Shown in pieces: positions 51,300 to 60,775 of a stretch of DNA of 64,000 nucleotides; the first letter of the stretch is position 1, and each line of letters opens with the position of its first letter. Position numbers and translations under genes: made by a program. Under the pieces are notes generated by a model. It saw only the letters and a list, made by a program, of their open reading frames with translations, was not told the DNA's origin and searched no databases. This stretch comes from Mobula hypostoma (Eukaryota): the NCBI RefSeq assembly GCF_963921235.1, contig NC_086097.1:179306001-179370000 (forward strand). Direction: 5' to 3'.

Positions 51300-52878
51300 G
51301 ACCAGGCAGAAAAGAACATTGACAGTATAGTGTGGAGTATCTGAAGTGTGGATTCATACCTGCATCAAGCAACCAACAGCAGCCAATTTGGCTGTTGTGT
51401 GAAAACGTTTTTTTCAAGTGAGGCTATGAAATTGTCCAGATTCCTTGAACATCTGAAGAGAATACACTCTGATAAAGTAAACAAGAACTTGGTTTATTTT
51501 CAGTCACTTTGTGAAAATTTTCTAGAAACAGAAAACAATTCAAAACATATTTGCCAGCACTTCACAGCATAACAGTGTGCTTCATACAACATTTCATTGC
51601 TCATTGTTAAACCTGGAAAGCCCCATACAACTGGAGAAGAACTGATTTTATTAGCAGTAAGGGAGGTGATGAGTACAGATTTGCATAAATCACCAGACCA
51701 AAAAATGCGATGCTGATCAGTGACAACTCTGTTCAAGGACGAATAGGTGAAATGTCTGTGAATGTGGAAGGCACGTTGTGCTATACTTAGGACAGCTCTG
51801 CAGCTGGATGAGTCAACTTCACCAGGCAACGGATCTTTGCTTTCTGGTAAAGTTTGCTTCATAAAAGATGAAAGCATGGTCCAAGAGTTGTTATTTGCAA
51901 AGGGATTAGAAACAGATAAAGGGGGAATCAATATTTCGGGTTGTTAAGCAATTTTTCAAAGAGGACATTCTGCTCACTGAGGTTCTTGCTTGTGCAACAG
52001 ATGGGGCACCATCAATGACACAATGCCACCGTGGGGCTAATTACTTCCTTGTAAAAAGCTGTACCTAACGTATTTACCATTCACTATGTAATTCACAGAC
52101 AACATTTTGTCGCAGAAATATGAAGTGATCAGCGACACAAATCATTAAATACTGTTTATCATAGCAGTAAATAAAATCAAGAGCTAGTTTGAGATCTTTG
52201 TATTGAGACTGATGAGCAGCTTGAACACTTGCTGTTGCACACAGAAGACAGATGGCTCTCAAAAAGGAAACTGCCTGAGGTACTTTTAAGCAACACACAC
52301 AAATATGCTGGTGAACGCAGCAGGCCAGGCAGCATCTATAGGAAGAGGAACAGTTGACGTTTCGGGCCGAGACCCTTCATCAGGACTAACTCCTGACTAA
52401 CTTCCTATAGATGCTGCCCGGCCTGCTGCGTTCACCAGCATTTTTTGTGTGTGTTTCTTGAATTTCCAACATCTGCAGATATCCTTGTGTGAGGCACTTT
52501 TATGTACTTTTTCAAACAGTGGTTAAATTCTTTGAAGACTTAAATGCTTCATTTATTAATCAACTCAAGGATATTAGGCATGACGTTGCTTGTTTGTCTG
52601 GATTGTTCGCAAACTTTAATGAAATCAGTCTTCAATTGCAAGGAAGTGATGTGAAGCTTATCCAAAGTCAAATCAGTATTCTCCACATTTCTGTCTAAGT
52701 TAACCCTATTTAAGTGCAACATTGGCCATTGCATACGAGCCCCTCAATGAGAAAGAAAGAATACCAGATAATGATCTTCAAGTATACTGTGCCCACCTGG
52801 GTAAGCTGCACAAGGACACGTCAGAGAGATTTCAGGATCTTTACTCAATTCAAATTCCCGAATGGGTAATAAATCACA
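51300..52878 (+). mobile_element. Degenerate hAT (Charlie/Buster-like) transposase relic
   Basis: EAMKLSRFLEHLKRIH, LQLDEST, ATDGAPSM, HYVIHRQ and RWLS motifs across frameshifts. Confidence 0.85.
52289..52489. mobile_element. 200-bp fold-back Penelope-like terminal insertion in the hAT relic, 13-bp TSD
   Basis: tgaggtactttta (52276-52288) and tgaggcactttta (52490-52502). Minus-strand hammerhead motif at 52352-52387 (CTGATGA core). Confidence 0.85.
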
Positions 52879-53960
52879 GACTTTATTAAAACAGCTGTAG
52901 ACGAGTGTGTCCCCACAAAATCATTCAGAGTCTTCCTCAGTCAGAAGCTTTGGATGAACCATGAGATCCGCAATCTGCTGACGGCCAGATCAGAGGCATT
53001 CAAGTCTGCTGACCAAGAACGTTACAAGAGGTCCAGGTATGATCTTTGGAAACCCATCTCAAGTGACAATTCCAGACTAAATTTGAATTAACAAAGGATG
53101 CTGAACAGTTATGGCGGGGCTTGAATTCTATCACTTCTTATAAAGTTAAATCAAGCAACCTAGAGACAACAGGGCTTTGCTTTCAGATGAGTTCAATGCC
53201 TTCTATGCTAACTTTGATTGTCAAAACATGACGGAATCATCATGAGCTCCCACAGCCCCTGAAAGTCCTGTGATTTCAGTTTCTGAGGCCAACGTGCGAG
53301 CAGCCTTCAGGAGGGTGAACCCACGGAAATCATCGGCCCTGACAGGGTACCTGGCCAAGTACTGAAGACTTGTTCTGATCAACTGGCTGGAGTGTTCTCT
53401 GAGATCCTTAACCTCTCGCTTCGGCAGTCTTAAGTTTCCTACCTGCTTCAATCAGGCTTCAATTATGCCAGTGCCTAAGAAGTACGTGGTAACCTGCCTC
53501 AGTGACTATCATCCAGTAGCACATTCATCCACTGTGTTTTGAGAGGTTGGTGATGAAACATATCAGCTCCTGCCTGAGAAGCAACTTGGATCCACTCCAA
53601 TTTGCTCAACGGAGCAACAAGTCCACAGCAGATATCAACTCCTTGGCTCTTCACTCAACCCTGGAACAGCTGGATAACAAAGATGCATACATCAGGATGC
53701 TCTTTATTGACTACACTTCAGCATTCAAAACCATCATCCCTTCAAAACTCATCAATAATTTTTGAGACCTTGGCCCCTACACTTCCTCGTGCAATTGGGT
53801 CGCAACTTTCCTCACTTGCAGACTATGGTCAATTCAGATAGGCAACATCTCCACGATCCCCGTCAGCACAGGTTGTTCCACAAGGCTGTGTGCTTAGCCC
53901 CCTGCTCTACTCAATCTACACTAATGGCTGTGTGACTAAGCACAGCTCCAATTCCAACAA
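52878..53960 (+). mobile_element. Rex1/Babar-like LINE RT fragment
   Basis: LDPLQFA...[18 protein letters not shown] and GCVLSPLLY motifs. Confidence 0.85.
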
Positions 53961-54157
53961 CTTGTGTAACTGCAGCATAATGTGGTAGTGCAATAGCAGT
54001 TGATAGTACATTTATTATCAAAGTACTGTATGTATATCATATTCAACTTTCAGATTCATCTTCTTGCAGGCAACCACAAAAAGAAACACAATAGAATTCT
54101 TGAAAAACCCCACACCACAAAGACAGGCGTACATCCAATGTGTGAAAAAGATAGAAC

Positions 54158-56676
54158 TGTAGCGGTGTGCTACACACAGCGCTAGAATAACCAAACAGAG
54201 TCGGTGAGTTGGAGTTGCGATAAAGAGATTTATTCAAACTTCGCGGCCTGCTTTAAAGCCTTCCCATTCCCGCCCTCCCTGGGGCAGGACTGCTGTGGGG
54301 AATGCATATTCCCAGACCCTTTCCGCACGCGGGATTTTCCCCCTGCTGGTGAAGATGGCCTGGCGCCCTTTTTGGGGCCGGCCCTCTGCCTGCGCGCGCT
54401 GTTGTGAACCGGTTCGTGGGTGCTAGAAAATGGGTCGCCACATAACCCCCCCCCCCCCCCCAGAACTGGCGATACCTCCCCCAATGTTCACAGTCTGGAT
54501 TGGCCTCTGTTTGGGAGGTCTGCCCCTGCGCCGCGGTGCCTGAGCCTGGACCGGCTGTGCCAAGTCCACATGGGCCGGTTTGAGTCGGTCCACTGTGAAA
54601 ACCTCCTCTCTCCCCCCGATGTCCAGCACAAACGTGGACCCGTTGTTCCTGATCACCTTGAACGGCCCCTTGTAGGGCCGCTGTAGTGGTGCCCGGTGTC
54701 TGCCCCGTCATACAAAAAGAAACTTACAGTTCTGCAGGTCTTTGGGTACGCAGGTCGGGCTCTGTCCGTGCTGTGAAGTGCCTCTCCCGTAGTCTGTCCA
54801 GGACTGCTGTGGGTTCTTCCTCTTGCCCCCTTGGGGCTGGTATGAACTCTCCTGGGACGACCAGGGGTGCGCCGTACACCAACTCGGCCGACGAGGTGTG
54901 TAGATCTTCCTTGGGCGCCGTGCGGGTTTGCTGCAAAGTCTTGAATGTGCGGCACAGGGTAGCGGTCTGGCATTGTAGCCTCGTTCAGTCTGTGGTAGTC
55001 ACCGCATGGTCTCCAGCCCCCCGTTGCCTTGGGCACCATGTGCAGGGGGGAGGCCCATGGGCTGTCGGACCGTCGTATGATCCCTAATTCCTCCATCTTC
55101 TTGAACTCCTCCTTCGCCAGTCGGAGCTTGTCCGGGGGCAGCCTTCGAGCACGGGCGTGGAGGGGTGGTCCCTGGGTCGAGATGTGGTGCTGTACTCTGT
55201 GTCTGGGCATGGCTGCCGTGAACTGCGGTGTCAGTACTGATGGGAAATCTGCCAGGACCCTGGTGAATTCATCATTGGACAGTGTGATGGAGTCCAGGTG
55301 TGGGGCTGGCAACTTTGCTTCACCCAGGGAGAACGTTTGAAAAGTCTTGGCGTGGACTAGTCGCTTCCCTTGCAGGTCGACCAGCAGGCTGTGGGCTCGC
55401 AGAAAATCCGCCCCCAGGAGTGGTTGGGCCACGGCGGCCAGTGTGAAGTCCCACATGAACCGGCTGGAGCTGAACTGTAGCCGCACCGTGCGGGTGCCGT
55501 AGGTTCGTATTGTGCTGCCATTTGCGGCCCTCAGGGTGGGTTCCGGTTCTCTGTTGCGGGTGTCGTAACTCGTTCGAGGTAAAACGCTGATCTCTGCTCC
55601 GGTGTCGACCAAAAATCGGCGTCCCGACTGCTTGTCCCAGGCGTACAGGAGGCTGTCCTGATGGCCAGCCGCCGTAGCGATCGGCGGCAACTGGGCCTTG
55701 GCGTTTCCCGGGAATTTGTAGGGTGGTCTACAGCGGCGGGCCTCTGTGCCCCACCGCTGGTGGTAGAAGCACCATTGTTCGTTGGGCTCTGCTGCCGGGC
55801 CTGGTCTGGTCTGTTGTTGGGCACGTGGCTTGGTGATCTGTGCGACAGATGCCCCTCTCTCCTTCTTGGCATTCCACAGCACATCTGCACAGGCCGCCAC
55901 CTCCCGGGGGTCGCTGAAATCTGCGTCGGACAGCAGCAGGCGTATGTCCTCTGGCAGTTGCTCTAGGAACGCCTGCTCAAATATGAGGCAGGGTTTGTGT
56001 CCTTCAGCCAGGGCCAGCATTTCGTTCATTAATGCCGACGGTGTCCTGTCTCCCAAACCATCCGGCTGCATTAAGCGGCGTGCTCGTTCACGCCGTGAGA
56101 GTCCAAAAGTCCTTTTGAGCAGGGCTTTGAATGCTGTGTATTTGCCGTCCTCCGGGGGCGACTGTATAAACTCCTCAACTTGTGCAGCAGTCTCCTGGTC
56201 GAGTGAGCTCAGCACATAGTAGTAGCGAATGGACTCCGGGGTTATCTGCCGAATGTGGAATTGTGCTTCTGCCTGTTCAAACCACAGACGGAGTCTCAGC
56301 GGCCAAAAGCTTGGCAGTTGTAACGAAACTGCGTGAACAAATGTGGCATCGGTCATCTCTAACCCAAATATCCGTCGGGGTCACCAAATGTAGCGATGTG
56401 CTACACACAGTGCTAGAATAACCACACAGAGTCGGTAAGTTGGAGTTGCGATAAAAGAGAGTTATTCAAACTTCACGGCCTGCTTTAAAGCCTTCCCGTT
56501 CCTGCCCTCCCTGGGGCAGGACTGCTGTGGGGAATGCATATTCCCAGACCCTTTCTGCACGCGGGATTTTCCCCCTGCTGGTGAAGATGGCCTGGCGCCC
56601 TTTTTGGGGCTGGCTCTCTGCCTGCGTGCGCTGTTTCGTGAGCCGGTTCGTGGGTGCTAGAAAATGGGTCGCCACA
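54158..56676 (-). mobile_element. Internally deleted Gypsy/Ty3 LTR retrotransposon
   Basis: LTRs at 54158-54442 and 56389-56676 (TG...CA). TSD GAAC. PBS TGGTGACCCCGACG (tRNA-Trp). Poly-G PPT. Confidence 0.95.
54653..56356 (-). CDS. Gypsy Gag-protease-truncated RT open frame
   Basis: LPSFW...WFEQAEAQF Gag, CFYHQRWG knuckle, FLVDTGAEIS protease, and SPWASPLHMV...WRPCGDY RT start. The frame then runs off into out-of-frame integrase sequence. Confidence 0.8.
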   Translation of the reverse strand: MTDATFVHAVSLQLPSFWPLRLRLWFEQAEAQFHIRQITPESIRYYYVLSSLDQETAAQVEEFIQSPPEDGKYTAFKALLKRTFGLSRRERARRLMQPDGLGDRTPSALMNEMLALAEGHKPCLIFEQAFLEQLPEDIRLLLSDADFSDPREVAACADVLWNAKKERGASVAQITKPRAQQQTRPGPAAEPNEQWCFYHQRWGTEARRCRPPYKFPGNAKAQLPPIATAAGHQDSLLYAWDKQSGRRFLVDTGAEISVLPRTSYDTRNREPEPTLRAANGSTIRTYGTRTVRLQFSSSRFMWDFTLAAVAQPLLGADFLRAHSLLVDLQGKRLVHAKTFQTFSLGEAKLPAPHLDSITLSNDEFTRVLADFPSVLTPQFTAAMPRHRVQHHISTQGPPLHARARRLPPDKLRLAKEEFKKMEELGIIRRSDSPWASPLHMVPKATGGWRPCGDYHRLNEATMPDRYPVPHIQDFAANPHGAQGRSTHLVGRVGVRRTPGRPRRVHTSPKGARGRTHSSPGQTTGEALHSTDRARPAYPKTCRTVSFFLYDGADTGHHYSGPTRGRSR

Positions 56677-56963
56677 GAACAAACAGTGCAAATAATAATA
56701 AAAAACAAACAAACAATCCACAGAAAATAAACTGCAGAGTCCCCAAAGGTAAGTCCACAGCCATGCAGTCAGTTCATCGCAGGGGCCCAATGACTGCAGG
56801 CCACAGCTGCAGAGTCAGTTCAGTGCTGAGGCGAGTGAAGCCTTCCAGAGTAGTGAACTGAACTCCAGTTCATCCTCTGCTCTTGGTCTCAACACCTTAA
56901 TCTTTTTAATTTGGCTTGACGCATAAATCGGCCAAACATCAGTTTGTTATCCACTGTTGGCCC

Positions 56964-58870
56964 TGTTGTGCTTTGTAACTCTAAAAACTAATTGGAAGAA
57001 AACCACGGGAGCCCAGGGATAACTCGTGTGCACTCGTCATTTTTACTTTTCGTGAGGCACGCAAATATGACGTGGTGACGTAATGACGTATGCTGTTCAC
57101 GGAAAAGGATCTTGGCAGTTGTGGGGATGACTTATAGCAGACTGAAAAGCTTGAGCATATAGACATTAAGAAAGAAGATGTGCTGGAGCTTTTGGAAAGC
57201 ATCAAGTTGGATAAGTCACTGGGACCGGATGGGATGTACCCCACCCAGGCTACTGTGGGAGGCGAGGGAGGAGATTGCTGAGCCTCTGGCGATGATCTTT
57301 GCATCATCAATGGGGACCGGAGAGGTTCCAGAGGATTGGAGGGTTGTGGATGTTGTTCCCTTATTCGAGAAAGGGAGTAGAGATACACAGGAAATTACAG
57401 ACCAATGAGTCTTACTTCAGTGGTTGGTAAGTTGATGGAGAACATCCTGAGAGGCAGGATTTGTGAACATTTGAAGAGGTATAATATGATTAGGAATAGT
57501 CAGCATGGCTTTGTCAAAGGCAGGTCATGCCTTACGAGCCTGATTGAATTTTTTGAGGATGTGATTAAGCACATTGATGAAGGTAGAGCAGTAGATGTAG
57601 TGTATATGGATTTCAGCAAGGCATTTGATAAGGTATCCCATGCAAGGCTTATTGAGAAAGTAAGGAGGCATGGGATCCAAGGGGACATTGCTTTGTGGAT
57701 CCAGAACTGGCTTGCCCACAGAAGGCAAAGAGTGGTTGTAGATGGGTCATATTCTGCATGGAGGTTGGTGACCAGTGATGTGCCTCAGGGATCTGTTCTG
57801 GGACCCCTACTCTTCGTGATTTTTATAAATGGCCTGGATGAGGAAGTGGAGGGATGGGTTAGTAAATTTGCTGATGACACAAAGGTTAGAGGTGTTGTGG
57901 ATAGTGTGGAGGCCTGTCAGAGGTTACAGCGGGACTTTGGTAAGATGCAAAACTGGGCTGTGAAATGGCAGATGGAGTTCAACACAAGTGTGAGGTGGTT
58001 CATCTTGGTAGGTCAAATATGATGGCAGAATATAGTATTAATGGTAAAACTCTTGGCAGTGTGGAGGATCAGAGGGATCTTGGGGTCCAAGTCCATAGGA
58101 CACTCAAAGCTGCTGCGCAGGTTGACTCTGTGGTTAAGAAAGCATACGGTGCATTGGCCTTCATCAATCGTGGGATTGAGTTTAGGAGCCGAGAGGCAAT
58201 GTGGCAGCTATATAGGACCCTGTTCAGACCCCACTTGGAGTACTTTGCTGAGTTCTAGTTGCCTCACTATAGGAAGGATGTGGAAACCATAGAAAGGGTG
58301 CAGAGGAGATTTACAAGGATGTTGCCTGGATTGGGGAGCATGCCTTATGAAAATAGGTTGAGTGAACTCGGCCTTTTTTCCTTGGAGCGACGGAGGATGA
58401 GAGGTGACCTGATAGAGGTGTATAAGATGTTGAGAGGCATTGATCATGTGGATAGCCAGAGGCTTTTCCCAATGTTGAAATGGCACAGTTTTAAGGTGCT
58501 TGGAAGTAGGCACAGAGGAGATGTCAGGGGTAAGTTTTTTCACACAGTGAGTGGTGAGTGCGTGGAATGGGCTGCCAGCGACGGTGATGGAGGTAGATAC
58601 AATAGGGTCTTTTAAGAGACTCCTGGATAGGTACAGGGAGCTCAGAAAAATAGAGGGCTATTGGTAACCCTAGATAATTTCTCAGGTAAAGATATGTTCG
58701 GCACAGCTTTGTGGGCTGAAAGGCCTGTATTGTGCTGTAGGTTTTCTGTGTTTCTATGTATGTGCTTTGTGCATATAGCCCATAATGAATTATGTAACAA
58801 CAAAGAATGCTTAATCAGACAATATATTTGCAATGTTACTCAAATATTATTGGAATATTAAATACACAAT
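56964..58870. mobile_element. Possible solo LTR split by a CR1 insertion
   Basis: Starts tgttgtg and ends cacaata (short inverted termini). Segments 56964-57100 and ~58759-58870 flank the CR1. Contains clustered TGACGT motifs. Confidence 0.35.
57100..58758 (+). mobile_element. 5'-truncated CR1 LINE
   Basis: QHGFVKGRSCLT, YMDFSKAFDKV, VPQGSVLGP, FADDTK motifs and 3' tail. Confidence 0.95.
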
Positions 58871-58969
58871 ACTTAGCCTGCTTAGCTATAAACACCAACT
58901 CAATCGTCTGCATCTCAACTCAAATATATAATGTATTGCCCTCTAGAAATAAATAAATATATATAGAGA

Positions 58970-59478
58970 GGTTTTGGGCCCCATATCTTAGGATGTGTTG
59001 TCATTGGAGAGAGTCCAGAGGAAGTTCACGAGGATAATTGCAGGGGTGAAGTGGTTAACATATGAGGAGCGTTTAGCAACTTCGTGCCTGTACTCATTGG
59101 AATTTAGAAGAATGCAGGGGGATCTCATTGAAACCTATCGAATGTTGAAAGAACTAGATAGTGTGGATATGGAGATGATGTTCCCTATGGTGGGGGTATT
59201 CAGAACTCGAGGGCTCAGCCTCAAAATTGAGGGGCGACCTTTTAGAACAGAGGTAAGGAGGAATTTTTTTTAGCCAGATAGTAGTGAATCTGTGAAATGC
59301 TCTGCCACAGACTGCGGTGGAAGCCAAGTCCGTGGGTGTATTTGAGGTGGAAGTTGATAGTTTCCTGATTGGTCGGGGCATCAAAAGATATGGAGAGAAG
59401 GCCGGTGTACGGGGTTGAATGGGATCTGGGATCAGCCACAATGGGCTGAGTGGCCTGATTTTACTCCTACATCTTATG
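58970..59478 (+). mobile_element. CR1 3' fragment
   Basis: LERVQRKFTR...RRNFF motif and tail. Confidence 0.85.
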
Positions 59479-59489
59479 GGGCAGTGTGG

Positions 59490-60775
59490 CTATGACTAAG
59501 TGGTGGCTGTGGTTCGTGGTTGGGTCCTTTGGTTGTTCATTCTCTCCCTTTGTAGCTGCTCTCTTTGATGCCACCACGTGATAGTGGAGGCAGCTCCCTC
59601 ATGAGCAGGTCTCCTCCAGGTGTATCTATTGAGTGCAATGTCTTCCCAATTTTTAGATGTCGGGTTGAATTTCTTCAGGCAGATTTCGACGTTGTCTTTG
59701 AAGTGTTTCCTTAGCCCAGCAGGGGCTTGCTGACCTTCCTTCAACTGGGAGCAAAGGATCTGTTTGGTGACACCTGAGTTATGCACCTGGGTGACATGAC
59801 CTGCTACCGGAACCGGTGTTGCTCTATCACAGTGGAGATACTGTTCATGTTGGCTTCCTCCAGTATGCTGGTGTTAGTGAGTTTGTCCTTCCAGCTCTTC
59901 CTCAAGCTCTTCCATCAGGCTCTTTGGTGGTATTGTTCCAGGGCTTTCAGGTGTCTACTGTAGGTGGCCAATGATTCAACTCCATGCTGTAATATAAGTA
60001 GGATGACTGTTCTGTAGACCAAAGTTTTGTTTGGATCTGCAGACTGCAGTCTCCAAAGTCTCTTTTCCTTAATCTTGCATAGGCTCCAGCAGCACTGTTC
60101 AGGCACTGGTTGATCAGTCTGCTTTTGAGGAGAGAATACTGCCAAAGTAGGGAGAGTTGTCTACATTTTCAAAGACAATATTGTCAACTTTTATGGAGAG
60201 CTGGATAAATGGCTGGTTGGGAGGCTGATGAATGACCTGTGGGTCACTTTTTAATATTTAACACAAGACCCAAAGCTCTATATGCCTTGGTAAAGGCATT
60301 CACAATGCATTGGAGAACTTCTTCAGAGTCTGCTGCAATTGTGCTGTCATCTGTATACTGAGGCTCTATGGTGGTGTTGGTGTGCTGACATTGTTCTTGG
60401 CCTTGAACCAGTTGAGGGTGTCAGTTGTTGACTGAATGGCCTGTCCTCCATTCCATTCCTGACTGGGATTTCCTATGGCAGGCCTTGACCAGCAGGGTGA
60501 TGGATGGCAAATGGGGTGGACACACTGATATAGCCTGTGTCTGCTTCAGCACCACTATTGCTGAGTACTGTGGCTGGCCTGCCATCGTGCAGTAGCCTCA
60601 GTTTTCCGAAGTGCTTGTCTGGACGGCCATGTCTTGATACTACACTGCAGACAACACGGTAGTCTACTGTATCAAATGCCTTTGTCAAATCTATGAAAGC
60701 CAAATACGAGGGTTGCCTTTGTTCCGACGTTTTTCTTGTAATTGGCATGCTGTGAATCATGTCCGTGCTACTGAC
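59490..60775 (-). mobile_element. Degenerate RTE-clade LINE, 3' half
   Basis: STDMIH...EQRQPSYLAFIDLTKAFDTV, YSRHLKALEQYHQR and QILCSQL...RKHFKD motifs. Confidence 0.8.

Larger units (their letters stand above)
27786..51300 (+). pseudogene. Decayed exons resembling the N-terminal part of MROH1
   Basis: ~27786-27874 LRRGGEEGLVPTNLLTSL; 27917-28043 plus 29158-29180 DLCRIHPTDQKQPQF..SYD..VWL; ~32489-32598; 32765-32846 LKGMCKILQ; 33293-33346 IDLCLIVPHCQ|gt; 48971-49020 ACSCPPRHLLTFI; 50275-~50400 VQHSVHQV..GG..CPLPP; 51139-51170; ~51219-51300 ITFPFINGSAG. Same order as recalled MROH1 segments LRRLHPGTLP, NLDRAPDPTVRKDAF..AYD..QWL, KSLGQILE, LDALLAALHSQ, ACSSPDRLLAFL, VKRAVVQV..GG..CALPP and SSSPYLGDGRG. 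Many stops and frameshifts. Confidence 0.7.

Noticed and set aside
51300..52878. Domesticated ZBED8/SCAND3-type gene
   Set aside because: Numerous stops, frameshifts, an insertion and 3' truncation.
56373..56386. tRNA-Trp gene
   Set aside because: Only the 14-nt primer-binding site of the LTR element.
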